Origin: Candidatus Sericytochromatia bacterium
GTDB lineage: Bacteria; Cyanobacteriota; Sericytochromatia; S15B-MN24; JAQBPE01
Direction of reading: 5' to 3'
DNA: 48,665 nt
Assembly: GCA_040400605.1 (NCBI GenBank)
Contig: JBBAPZ010000022.1
Location: 1-48,665 of the forward strand
Each line of letters opens with the position of its first letter. The stretch's first letter is position 1. The notes under the pieces were generated by a model. That model ran no database searches. It had not been told where the DNA came from and saw only the letters and a list, made by a program, of their open reading frames with translations. The position numbers were made by a program, and so were the translations under genes. This document shows, piece after piece, positions 29,079-39,200 of the stretch.

Positions 29079-30175
29079 CTCAGGAATTGGCCCCTTGTGA
29101 AGTCAGTTGGTTTGCCGCGTTGTGCGATGACGATTACGCGTTTTTGGGCGTGAGCGACCCGGCATTGCAATCCAGTTGGGAGCATTGTCGCAACCTGGTG
29201 CTAACGGCTGAAAAAAACGGGTTTGACAACATCTTGTTGCCATCCGGGTATCAGTTGGGCATTGATACGGTCGCTTTCGCCGCGGCGGTGGCGCCTTTGA
29301 CCAAGCGGATGCGTCTGCTTGCGGCCGTGCGTTGTGGTGAGCAGTGGCCACCGCAGCTCGCACGGCAGTTGGCGACCTTGGATCAAATTTTGGGAGGTCG
29401 GTTGACCATTAACATCATCTCCAGTGATTTGCCGGGTGACACCATGGCCTCTGCGCCACGGTATCGGCGTACGGTGGAGGTGATGCAGATTTTGAAAGCC
29501 TTGCTGAATGGTGAATCCTTGGACCATGAGGGTGAGTTTTATCGGCTCAAGCTGGCGCCGCCGCGTGTCACCACGGTATCGGGACGGTGTCCGCCGCTGT
29601 ATTTTGGGGGTCTGTCCCCGGATGCGCGGGATGCTGCGGCACGGGCGGCGGATGTCTATTTGATGTGGCCGGATCGTCTGGATGAGATTGCTGCGATCGT
29701 GGCGGATATGACGCAACGGGCGGCCGGTTATGGCCGAACGCTCAAGTTTGGCTACCGGGCGCATGTGGTGGTGCGTGAAACGGAGGCGGAGGCTCGAACC
29801 GCTGCCAATCGCCTGCTTGAAAAACTGGATGCGCAAACCGGGGAAGCCATTCGGCAAAAGTCACTTGACACGGCGTCCTTGGGTGTCTCGCGGCAAGTCG
29901 CATTGCGTGATGGCGCAAACGAAGATGGCTATGCGGAGGCCAATTTGTGGACCGGTATCGGTCGGGCACGTTCGGGTTGTGGTGCGGCGATCGTTGGGGA
30001 TCCCGACCAGGTGCTTGCGAAGATCAACGCGTACCGGGCACTTGGCATTGAGGCGTTTATTTTGTCAGGGTATCCGCATGCGCACGAATGTGATCTGTTC
30101 GCGCGCTACGTCCTACCCGCCCTCCATCACGGACCGTTGCAGGCGGCCGGGCAAGTGAGCAAACAAGCGGTTTGA
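29075..30175 (+). CDS. smoC: LLM-class flavin-dependent monooxygenase, SmoC/SquD-like (putative sulfoquinovose monooxygenase)
   Basis: EVSWFAALCDDDYAFLGV...SSWEHC, AAVRCGE, NIISSDLPG, NLWTGIGRARSGCGAA, FILSGYPH. These match the Agrobacterium SmoC sequence as I recall it better than generic SsuD. Confidence 0.75.
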   Translation: MTQELAPCEVSWFAALCDDDYAFLGVSDPALQSSWEHCRNLVLTAEKNGFDNILLPSGYQLGIDTVAFAAAVAPLTKRMRLLAAVRCGEQWPPQLARQLATLDQILGGRLTINIISSDLPGDTMASAPRYRRTVEVMQILKALLNGESLDHEGEFYRLKLAPPRVTTVSGRCPPLYFGGLSPDARDAAARAADVYLMWPDRLDEIAAIVADMTQRAAGYGRTLKFGYRAHVVVRETEAEARTAANRLLEKLDAQTGEAIRQKSLDTASLGVSRQVALRDGANEDGYAEANLWTGIGRARSGCGAAIVGDPDQVLAKINAYRALGIEAFILSGYPHAHECDLFARYVLPALHHGPLQAAGQVSKQAV

Positions 30176-30209
30176 TCCCCCACGGTCGTCATGAGAAAGG
30201 CAAGCAACG

Positions 30210-31460
30210 GTGCTTGACAGGAAATTGGATGGCCAGACAAACTGGAGCCGTCTGAAATGGTGGATTCTGGCGCTCAGTTTTCTGGCGGGAACACTGAATT
30301 ACGTGGACCGTCAGGTGATTGCCATCTTAAAGCCCGTCTTGCAGGCGGAGTTTGGGTGGAGTGATCAAGATTATGGGCATTTGGGCACCATTTTTCAGTT
30401 TTCGGCGGCGCTGACCTATTTGGGCATCGGGTATGTGATCGATCGCGTGGGACTCTGGCGCGGCTATGCGGCAGGGGTTTCCATCTGGAGTGCGGCCTGC
30501 ATGGCGCACGCCGCTGCCAGTCAGCTTGTGCAGTTCATGGTGGCCCGTGTGGTGCTTGCGGCGGCTGAGGCGGTGCAGACACCGGCTTCCATGAAGGCGA
30601 TCGCTGAGTGGTTCCCTCAAAACCAACGGGCGCTCGCCGTAGGCATCGTCAACACTTCCTCAAACATCGGGGCTATCATTGCGCCGTTGCTGGTGCCTTT
30701 CATCGCCATTCAGGCCGGCTGGCGCGCGGCTTTTCTGGTGACAGGCGCCTTGGGCTTTGTGTGGTTGATCGCCTGGTGGACCGTACCAGCCCAAATGCAG
30801 GGGCAGCCTGTGGCAACCGAAACCCCGGGCGATCGCCCGCGTCTGAAAGCCCTGCTTGGTCTGCGCCCCACCTGGGCCATTGTGTCAGCCAAAGCCCTCA
30901 CCGATATGGTGTGGTGGTTTTTGCTCTTCTGGGCACCTGACTTTTTGCATCGTCAGTTTCAACTGGATCTGAAATCAGCGGGCCCACCCTTGGCCGCCAT
31001 TTATGGTTTGGCTGCACTGGGGGCCTTTACAGGTGGCCTGCTGCCGACGTTTTTGCTTCGTCAGGGCGTCAGCGCAAACCGTGCGCGGAAAGTGAGCATG
31101 CTCATTTATGCGCTGTTGATTACGCCCTTGCCATTGGTTTTGCAGGTATCCAATCCGTGGTACGCGGTGCTGTTCATTGGCATGGCACTTTTTGCGCACC
31201 AAGGTTTCTCAACCAACATTTTTGCGATCGCCGTCGAGGCCTTTGACGCGCGATCCGTGGCGACGGTCATCAGCTTCGGGGCCTTGGCAGGTAACACCAG
31301 TGGCATGCTCATGCTGGAATTCACCGGCTGGGTGCTCACCCAGCATCACACCTACTTGCCCATGTTCGTCATCAGTGCCAGTGTTTACCTGGTGGCTTTG
31401 GGGCTGATCCACCTGTTGCTGCCACAGTTGCGCCCCCACACCACCGCCGCAACCCCCTGA
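30210..31460 (+). CDS. MFS transporter, ExuT/ACS-like (anionic sugar)
   Basis: LNYVDRQ, AIAEWFPQNQRALAVGI, TDMVWWFLLFWAP, AHQGFS; about 12 TM segments. Confidence 0.9.
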   Translation: MLDRKLDGQTNWSRLKWWILALSFLAGTLNYVDRQVIAILKPVLQAEFGWSDQDYGHLGTIFQFSAALTYLGIGYVIDRVGLWRGYAAGVSIWSAACMAHAAASQLVQFMVARVVLAAAEAVQTPASMKAIAEWFPQNQRALAVGIVNTSSNIGAIIAPLLVPFIAIQAGWRAAFLVTGALGFVWLIAWWTVPAQMQGQPVATETPGDRPRLKALLGLRPTWAIVSAKALTDMVWWFLLFWAPDFLHRQFQLDLKSAGPPLAAIYGLAALGAFTGGLLPTFLLRQGVSANRARKVSMLIYALLITPLPLVLQVSNPWYAVLFIGMALFAHQGFSTNIFAIAVEAFDARSVATVISFGALAGNTSGMLMLEFTGWVLTQHHTYLPMFVISASVYLVALGLIHLLLPQLRPHTTAATP

Positions 31461-31614
31461 TTGCCCTCCACCCGCAGCGTGGCAAAGACTGACGGGATAC
31501 CGCCGGCGGGTCAAACAAGCGCTGAGTGGTTTGGCAGGCCCTCAGTACGCAAGACCCGGGGCAAGTCGGGGTATATGCAGCCATGTACCAACCCTTGTTG
31601 GGAGTTTAAACGGG

Positions 31615-33111
31615 ATGAATACTGTCACACGCTTGCTGCTCATTCAAACGGCCTTGTGGGGTGTGGCTTGCCGCGCCACCGTGACGCCTTTAGTCGCGCC
31701 GATGCCGGATGCTGCCACCCCAGCGCCCTTGTTCGAACCGGCGACAATCGCGCCGAGTCCGTTGCCAACGCCGCAAACCACGGTATCCGTCGAGCCTGCT
31801 TCAACGCCATCCGCCGATGCATCACGGCCCCCTGCCAGCCCGTTGGCCTCGCAGAGTCCACGCATTCTGGCGGTCAACACCATCCACCCCTTGCCGGGCG
31901 GATTGAATCAGACCCAGGTACTCAACTCCAATAGCCCTGAGATGGTGAAAGAGGATGGGGTGCTCATTTCGACGTTCAGCGGCAAGGATACGGATTTGGA
32001 CCACCGTTTCGTGGGTCCTTTTGAGCTCTTTTTGCACCACATTGCCGAAACGGCATTTTTGGATGGCCGTGACACGTTGTGGATCGGGCTGCTGGGGCGA
32101 GCGGACGAGTCATTGGTCCGTCTCAAACTGCTCGGTGGCGTCAGTCATTTAACCGGCCCTGATGCGCCGTTCAAAGAACTGGCTCCCATTGTGGACGACC
32201 CTGAAGGCCAGGTCTACTCAGGACCAGGCAGCCGCGTCGCCGTGGACCAACTCATGGGCCGTGCGGGGCAGCTCACCGACTATTGGCAGATTGAGGCGGG
32301 TAAAACCCGGTTGTTGCAAAGTTGGCCCATTCCAGCCAAAAACTTTTTGATTCCGGGGCGCAATGCGCGTTCGGGCATTTTTCGTTTTGAGGCAGACAGC
32401 CCGGTGCGCCTTGCGGCTGTGGCGCTTTACGGGCGTTCGGGCGATCGCTTCGAACTCGCCGACTACGAAAAATTCGTCAAGGACGGCAAACGTGCCGGCC
32501 CACCAGACAAAGCCGCCACCATCTACAATCCCCGCACCCTGTCCTTTGTCTATGGCCGCGTCGCAGGCGTCCAATCCGGCGCCCGCTGGGCGGGGACCTT
32601 GTTCGATAAAGCCAGCGACACGCTCAAAAGCCCCGGAGACTGGCTGGGCTTTCCCATTGCCGCACTGTACGGCAATACCTTGGGCACGCGGCAGATCCAA
32701 GCACCCGACCTGCTCAAACGCTACCCGACCTCTGCCGTTCAGGCGCAGGGCAGTTATGGGGTCTTGTACGAGCTCACCATTCCACTGGACAACCCGGGGG
32801 ACACCGCCTGCCAATATGCGCTGGGTTTTTCGTCGCCGCTTAAAATGACTGGTGACAAGCCGGGCGCACCGATGTACGGAAACGCTGACGGCAAGCCAGT
32901 CATGTTCCGCGGACCACTGAGGCTTGACTGGTTGGACACAGATGGCAAGCCACGGCAAGTGATGCGGCACATCACCTTGCGGCAGGGCGAGGCCGGTCGT
33001 GCCTTTGCCGAATTGAGCGTACCGCCCCGACAACGACTCAACGCGCGCCTGAGTCTGGTTTATCCTGCTGATTGCACCCCCACACAGCTGTTAACCATCA
33101 CACGGTCGTGA
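31615..33111 (+). CDS. DUF3370-family protein (probable lipoprotein)
   Basis: GVAC lipobox-like site, Pro-rich linker, PLPGGL...VLNSNSPEMV...GVLISTF, YGRVAGV, YPADCTPTQLLT. Confidence 0.75.
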   Translation: MNTVTRLLLIQTALWGVACRATVTPLVAPMPDAATPAPLFEPATIAPSPLPTPQTTVSVEPASTPSADASRPPASPLASQSPRILAVNTIHPLPGGLNQTQVLNSNSPEMVKEDGVLISTFSGKDTDLDHRFVGPFELFLHHIAETAFLDGRDTLWIGLLGRADESLVRLKLLGGVSHLTGPDAPFKELAPIVDDPEGQVYSGPGSRVAVDQLMGRAGQLTDYWQIEAGKTRLLQSWPIPAKNFLIPGRNARSGIFRFEADSPVRLAAVALYGRSGDRFELADYEKFVKDGKRAGPPDKAATIYNPRTLSFVYGRVAGVQSGARWAGTLFDKASDTLKSPGDWLGFPIAALYGNTLGTRQIQAPDLLKRYPTSAVQAQGSYGVLYELTIPLDNPGDTACQYALGFSSPLKMTGDKPGAPMYGNADGKPVMFRGPLRLDWLDTDGKPRQVMRHITLRQGEAGRAFAELSVPPRQRLNARLSLVYPADCTPTQLLTITRS

Positions 33112-33142
33112 TGCCTGCGACGCGATCGCCAAACCAGGCATC
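33110..33142. terminator. Hairpin between convergent genes
   Basis: GATGCCTG...CAGGCATC 8-bp stem. Confidence 0.4.
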
Positions 33143-33163
33143 GCTGCTTTCAACATGACCGGG

Positions 33164-33385
33164 TTACTTCAATTTATCGAATTCAGTTTGTCGCCGCTCG
33201 ATCCACCCACCAAGGCGGTCCACACCTTTTTTTCCCGCAACAAACGCGAAACCGACGACGATCGACTTCATCGCCATCGCCAACCAGAACTGTGAACGCC
33301 GAAGTAAGACCATCACAACAGATAAGGCCGCAATGCCGAGCGAGAGCACCGAAAGACCATTCAAAAGGGCAGACGACTTCTTCAC
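33164..33385 (-). CDS. Small two-TM membrane protein
   Basis: GTG start; two hydrophobic helices and a charged tail. Confidence 0.55.
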   Translation of the reverse strand: MKKSSALLNGLSVLSLGIAALSVVMVLLRRSQFWLAMAMKSIVVGFAFVAGKKGVDRLGGWIERRQTEFDKLK

Positions 33386-33391
33386 GAGCCG

Positions 33392-33526
33392 TCACTTATC
33401 GGCAGAAATATACGTGTCATCCACGTAGTGCCCCGGAACGGATACACTAGGATCCGCTCCCTCGGTCGCAGGCGCTACACGAGGCTCCGGTCGGAGCCCA
33501 CCGGTTGGCTCAATCGGGTTCAACAA
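33392..33526 (-). CDS. Possible small protein (~44 aa)
   Basis: GAAGGG RBS before TTG at 33526; ends 6 nt before the next gene. Confidence 0.3.
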   Translation of the reverse strand: MLNPIEPTGGLRPEPRVAPATEGADPSVSVPGHYVDDTYISADK

Positions 33527-33621
33527 GTCGTTTCCCTTCGGTGTTAAATGCTCATTTGAGTCAAGACAACTGAGCGGCAAGTCTCCACAAGCGCTCAGTT
33601 GCCTCAATCAATTCTCCGGGC

Positions 33622-35352
33622 TCAGAGCAACGGAGGCAAGCCTGCTTCAGCACGGGCCGCTTCCATTGCCATGGTCAAAGCATCCAGCGACTGTGAGTTC
33701 ACCTCGCCACTCGCCACTTGGGCCGCAATGGCCTTCATTTTATATGTGGCATCCGCACGGGCACCGGACATCAGCAAAGCTTTCTCGCGCAGGCCTTGAG
33801 CAGTGTGTGGCGCCCTGCGAAGCTCTTTCGCGATTTGCCGCATCTGCTCCGTCGCCTGCGGCTGTTCCGCGATCATCAACAAAGCCATTTCTTCCAATTC
33901 CCTGGGGTCGGTCTGATCACCCTTACTCAGTCGCTCGGCAATTGACCGGGCTTCTGGACTTGCACCCGGCGCAAAACCGTGAGCCATGAGATTCAGCACC
34001 GCCGAGCGGCGCGGATCCGGCTGCTTGTTCTGATTTTCCCTAATCTCCTTCGCAATATCTTTAATCTGCTGTGGTGCATCGGGTGCCAAACTCTGCTTGA
34101 GTATCTGGAGTTCGCGCCAGCGCGCCGTCGTTGGGTTGCCGCTACGTTCTTCGTGTTCCAACGCTTCAAGCTGTTGGGCTTGCGCCAACGGCATGGTGAC
34201 CGGCGTGCGGATTGCTTCGTCCAGTTTGCGCAGGGCGTCTTGGGTCAAGGCGGGGTCCGGTTTATGACGCTCCGCGACGTGATCGACCTCAGACTTCAGC
34301 TTGAGCAAGCCGCCGATTTCATCGCGCATCTGCCGCGCTTGCTGCTGAATGGTTTCCAATTCCTTGCCAGACGCCTTCTGGGCGGCCTGACCCAATTGCA
34401 GCAACTCCTGTTCCCGCGTCTCGATCAAGCTGCCCAGTTGATGCGTGCGCTCATACAATTTGCGATCCGTCTGCGTTTGACGCCCCACGTTGCGCACCAA
34501 GTCCTCCGCCTTGACCAACGACTCACGCGGTCGCCCCGTCGTCTCGGCTTGCTGCAGATAGGCCGCTAACAGCTTGCGGTCCGCGTCGGTCGCGCGGGGA
34601 TTCCGATTCAAATCCTGTGTCAGTTTCACAAAGCGATCCGCCACCTCCATTTCGTGGCGCGTGTTCTGGACCGTTTCATCCAAGCGCGCCGCGTCCTCGG
34701 GCGAAGCCTCGCGCCGTTGAACCAAGGCTTGCCCCAACGTGGCTTTCAAATCACCCACACGAGTCGCATAACGCAAGGCGCCTTCCTCAAGCTCACCATC
34801 CTTGCGCGGGGCACGGCCAATCTGATCCACGCCCTGCGTGAGCTTGAACGTGAGTTGCTCCAATTGCTGCGGTGTCGGCTTGCCCTGCGTGAAAGCCTGC
34901 ATCACCGGCGCAAGCACCTTGGCCTGTTGCTCACCCAGTTTTGGATCCTTTGTCACGCGATGGGACATGTCATACAGGTGACCCCACTGATTCAACGAAT
35001 CCTGATGCCGCTGCAAGGAGTAGATCTTGCCTTGCAAATCCTGCACCGACATGGTGCCCACATTCTGCATCAACCCGTCCAAGGTCCGCCCCATCGCCGC
35101 ATGTTCGGCTTTGAGCCGTTGCGTGATCGCATCCGCACCCTGCTTCAATGTCGCTTTGACCTCGGGCGTGATCGGCGCAGCAGCCACCCCGCCACTCAAA
35201 CTGATCTGATCCGTCGGCGTCCGACGCGTCACCGTCGCAGGCGGCGGCGCAACAGTCCCACCCGGTTGCAATTGACCGGCATTCCAACCCAACCGCCGCG
35301 GTCCAATTCCGACTTCTTGACCCACGTCGCCACCTCCATATATGCCAAGCAT
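33622..35352 (-). CDS. Large helical/coiled-coil hypothetical protein
   Basis: Long ORF, Q/E/L/A/R-rich, disordered N-terminus; possible GTG start at 35325 (GGAGG). Confidence 0.8.
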   Translation of the reverse strand: MLGIYGGGDVGQEVGIGPRRLGWNAGQLQPGGTVAPPPATVTRRTPTDQISLSGGVAAAPITPEVKATLKQGADAITQRLKAEHAAMGRTLDGLMQNVGTMSVQDLQGKIYSLQRHQDSLNQWGHLYDMSHRVTKDPKLGEQQAKVLAPVMQAFTQGKPTPQQLEQLTFKLTQGVDQIGRAPRKDGELEEGALRYATRVGDLKATLGQALVQRREASPEDAARLDETVQNTRHEMEVADRFVKLTQDLNRNPRATDADRKLLAAYLQQAETTGRPRESLVKAEDLVRNVGRQTQTDRKLYERTHQLGSLIETREQELLQLGQAAQKASGKELETIQQQARQMRDEIGGLLKLKSEVDHVAERHKPDPALTQDALRKLDEAIRTPVTMPLAQAQQLEALEHEERSGNPTTARWRELQILKQSLAPDAPQQIKDIAKEIRENQNKQPDPRRSAVLNLMAHGFAPGASPEARSIAERLSKGDQTDPRELEEMALLMIAEQPQATEQMRQIAKELRRAPHTAQGLREKALLMSGARADATYKMKAIAAQVASGEVNSQSLDALTMAMEAARAEAGLPPLL

Positions 35353-35704
35353 CTCACACCGTACACCTATTCACATTGTACCCAGCAATGTGTTAACTAT
35401 CTTTTCAAGAGATTGGATTCTTGTTGAACTTAATTGAGATTTTTTATTTTAAAACACGTTTTTAACAAATCCCGAAAACATTACCCAAAGCGCGTTTACA
35501 GAAATACCCGCAGGCTTGCCAAGCAATCCTTATAACACTTTTTTAACACAGTGCTCGCAAAGCGCCATTCAAGCATCAGCCCATGTCACGAAATGTGGTC
35601 ATCAGGGGTGACATTCCTGGGTTGAGATATTCGGATGGGCTGTTTGTGTGTAGCCAGGTTTGCGGGTGTGCGATCAAGGAAAACGGCGTTTGGATCGCAA
35701 ACAC

Positions 35705-35820
35705 GCATTTAAAACGCATGGCTTGGCGGGTCTTTAGGGGGCCAACGTTGATCATTGCTTGGGGCTTCCTTGGTGTTTTGTAAGTGCCGGACAGGTTTTG
35801 AGCCGTAACCTGGTTGTGTT
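35705..35820 (-). repeat. Short form of the intergenic repeat (inverted)
   Basis: Minus strand GGCTCAAAACCTGTC...GACCCGCCAAGCCATGCGTTTT with the same 79-nt spacing. Confidence 0.45.
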
Positions 35821-36202
35821 TGCGGGTATGTTGGATCAGGGCGAAGTCCCTTGTTTCTGGTCGGTTGCTGAAGTCGCGATAGGCGTTTGTCGGGCTGCTC
35901 GATGTGTAAAGGTTCAAGGCGCACGGATTACGCACAGGTTGACCTGCTAGGGTAAGGGAGAAGCCGGTTTGCGCTGGGCTGGCCATTCATCGGACTCGCC
36001 CGGTGGTTACCGATGTCTGGTGCGCTCAGGCGTATCGCAGGGTTCGAAGGCGGCCAATCCCCGTGCCCGATTGGTCTGGTGGCGGTCGTTGGAGCAGCGA
36101 GTCTGATGAATTCCTCGATTGGTTTCAGGGCAAAATCGCGGTGACTTGGGTATGAAAGCCTCAGTTTGAGGGGTTCTTGGTTGTGTGGGAGCAGGCGTGA
36201 CG

Positions 36203-39200
36203 ATGTCGATGGTCAAAACCCCGACGCAGGTGGGGCCTTACGAGACGACGGATTGTTTGGAGCAGGGGCTCTCGCATCAGATTTTTGCGGCGCGGGATCG
36301 CGGTTCGGGACGACTTGTGGTGCTCAAGTTGGCGGCGGACGCCGAAGCGTCGACGCAAGCGCAGTACCGGCAGACCTATCAACGGACCAGTCGGTTGCGC
36401 CATCCGCATTTGTTGGCGGTTTTGGACCATGGGACCGCTGAGGATGGGCGCCCGTACCTGGTGATGGCTCATCATCCAGGAGAAATGTTGAATGTGGAAG
36501 ACATGCCGGTTGAGCCGGTCCAGGTGGCGCGCTGGGGGGTGCAGTTGGCGTCAGCCTTGGCGACTTTGCATGCGCATCACTATGCCCATCGCAGCATTTG
36601 CCCGGCGCACATATGGCGTGAGGCTGGTGGACAGCTTCGGTTGGCGGGGTATGCGTCATTGGCGCCGACACCTGCGGAGCCGTTGGGTGATCGCGGCCCT
36701 TACAGCGCACCCGAGGCCCTAAGGGGCAACGCTGTGGATAGTCGATCCGACCTGTATTCGCTTGGTGTGGTGCTGTATCGGATGTTAACTGGGACCTTGC
36801 CGACGCCAGGGGCCAGTGCGACAACCCTGCTCGAGTTGGCGCGGCAGGTGCCGAGGCATGGAGAGCGTGGTGGCTTGAGCGCAGGATTTGCGCGCGTGGT
36901 TGTGCGTTTGTTGGGGCAAGACCCGGTGGATCGTCCCACTAGCGCAGAGGAGGCGCTTTCCGCTTTGCTGCCTTACGCAGATGGCATGACGCCGCCTGTG
37001 GCCGTGGGGCGGTTTATCCCTCCCGCATCGTGGGAGCAGTGGATGGCCAAGCGGGAGCAGCCCGGTTGTTTTGCCTGGGTCGGGGAGCCAGGTTCCGGGA
37101 CGACCCGTTGCCTCGAAGAAGCGTTCATTGAATTGCGTCAAGCCGATCGGACCGTGGCTTACCTCTCTGTCGAGGCGGGTTGCGGCCCCTTTGATTTTTT
37201 GGAGCGCTTGTGGCGTTGGGCCGCTGTGCGGGCCCCAGGCACCCTCGATGGTTTGCCCAAACCGCTGCAAGGCTTGGTGACCAGTTTATGGCCCTGGACC
37301 TTTCCTGACGTCCGACCAATCAATGAACCGAGCCGTTTGGCCCGCGTATTGCCAGAATTGTTGCGGCGCCTGTTGAACGCAGCAGCCAAAGGTACCACGC
37401 CCTATATTCTGGTCGATGACTGGGCTTATGTCGATTCACGGAGTCGAGACCTGTTAATGGCTCACCAAAATGAGGTCTTGTCTCAGGTTCATTTTCTGTT
37501 GGCCTCGCCGACACAGGTTAGCCATGCGCACACCCTGCTCTTGGAGCCGTTTGATCAATCAAGCACGTCCACTTGGCTGAACTCGGTTCTTGGCAAACCC
37601 GCTTCAGGGGCGTTGTCGGAGCGTCTTTGGGCGTTGACCGGCGGCAATCCGGGATGGTTGGTGGAAGCACTGGCCCACGCAGCCACATTGGAAGCAGCGA
37701 ACGATCACTTGCCGGACAAAGTGGATGCATTGTTGGCTGCGACCTGGCGGGTTTTGTCCATCACGCAACGCACCATTTTGACCCTGTTGGCGTTACACGG
37801 TGGTGGATGCTCCCGCACGGATTGGACCACTACCGAATTCCTGCTATCGTCGGAGTGGCCGTTGGATTTGGATGAGTTATTGACCCGGCGGATCATCCGC
37901 GAGCGTGAAGGCCGTTTGCAACTGGCCCTAGGATGGTGGACGGAATGGATCCTCACGCACGAAACACCTGTGCGTCTGGCACGCCTGGCAACCGAAATGG
38001 CCCGGGCTTATCAAGAGCAAGCACAGATAATGGGCAGCAATCCTTCGCCGGGATTTACACATCGCATCGCACGGCTTGCGATGCAGGGCAACGATCTCGA
38101 ATTGGCGCTGGATGCCGGCTGTGTAGCCGCGGAAGCCGCTTTGCGTGTCATGGATTATGACTCCGCATCGACCTGGGTGAAAGCGGTTCAAAACAAGGTC
38201 GCCGAAGCCGACTCGGACTTCCCGGCACTCGCTTTCGCGAATCGTGCAACCGGTATTCAAGGCGAGATTTTGCGCTACACAGGCCAACTGGATGCATCAA
38301 TCAAGGTTTTTGGCGATCTGATTGCCAACGGCAGCGACCCGGAGCAACAAGGACGCTGGCTGGTATCCGTCGGCAAGTGTCACCAGATGGCGAATCGTTT
38401 GTCCGCCGCTGCGGAAGCGTACACGGCAGCGATTGAGATTTCACGGGCGGCGGGTGATTTGAGACAGTGCGCGCGCGCAACGGCCTCTTTGGGTCGCTGT
38501 TTGTTCATGTTGGGTGACAGAACCGGTAGCGCGGAAGCGTATCAAGACGCGTTGAATGATGCCAGGCTGTCGCATCACGCGGGTGTCGAGGCCGAAGCGT
38601 TGGCCTTTCTGGGCAATCTCGCGGTCGAACATCCGGAGACGGCCGCGGAGGGTCTTGACCTGTTGCAACAGGCGCTGGTTTTACGAGAAGGGGTGCAAGA
38701 CCCCTTTGGCAAAAATGATACCCGCGCGCTGCTGGGCAATGCGTTGTTGATGCTGGGGCGTCCTGATGAAGCCAGGCTTCATTTCGAGGCGTGTCGCGTG
38801 CTGGCTGAGGAAATCGGTTATCATTACGATATCGCCGTGGCGTGCGCCAATTTGGCTTTGTGCGACGTGGAACAAGGCTTTTGGCGCTCGGCGTTGAACA
38901 ACGCGCAGATCAGCAAGGTGGCGGCGAAGCACAGCGATCACCAGCAGTTCACAGGACCGGTATGCTGGCTCGAAACACTGATTAGCGCACAATTGGGCGA
39001 CTTTCGGGCCATGCTGGCGGCTCACATCGCAGCTGAGTCAGACGAAGCGGCGCTCTCCAACCCATATTTGCGCTGTTTTGGCCTGGTGTATGCGGGCGCT
39101 CGGCATCTCAGTCTGGGTGCACTGGAAGCGGCGATTGGTGCCTTGGCGGTTGCTTCAGACAGCATGGAGCGAGCCGGTGGTGGCGAGTATGCGTTCAAGG

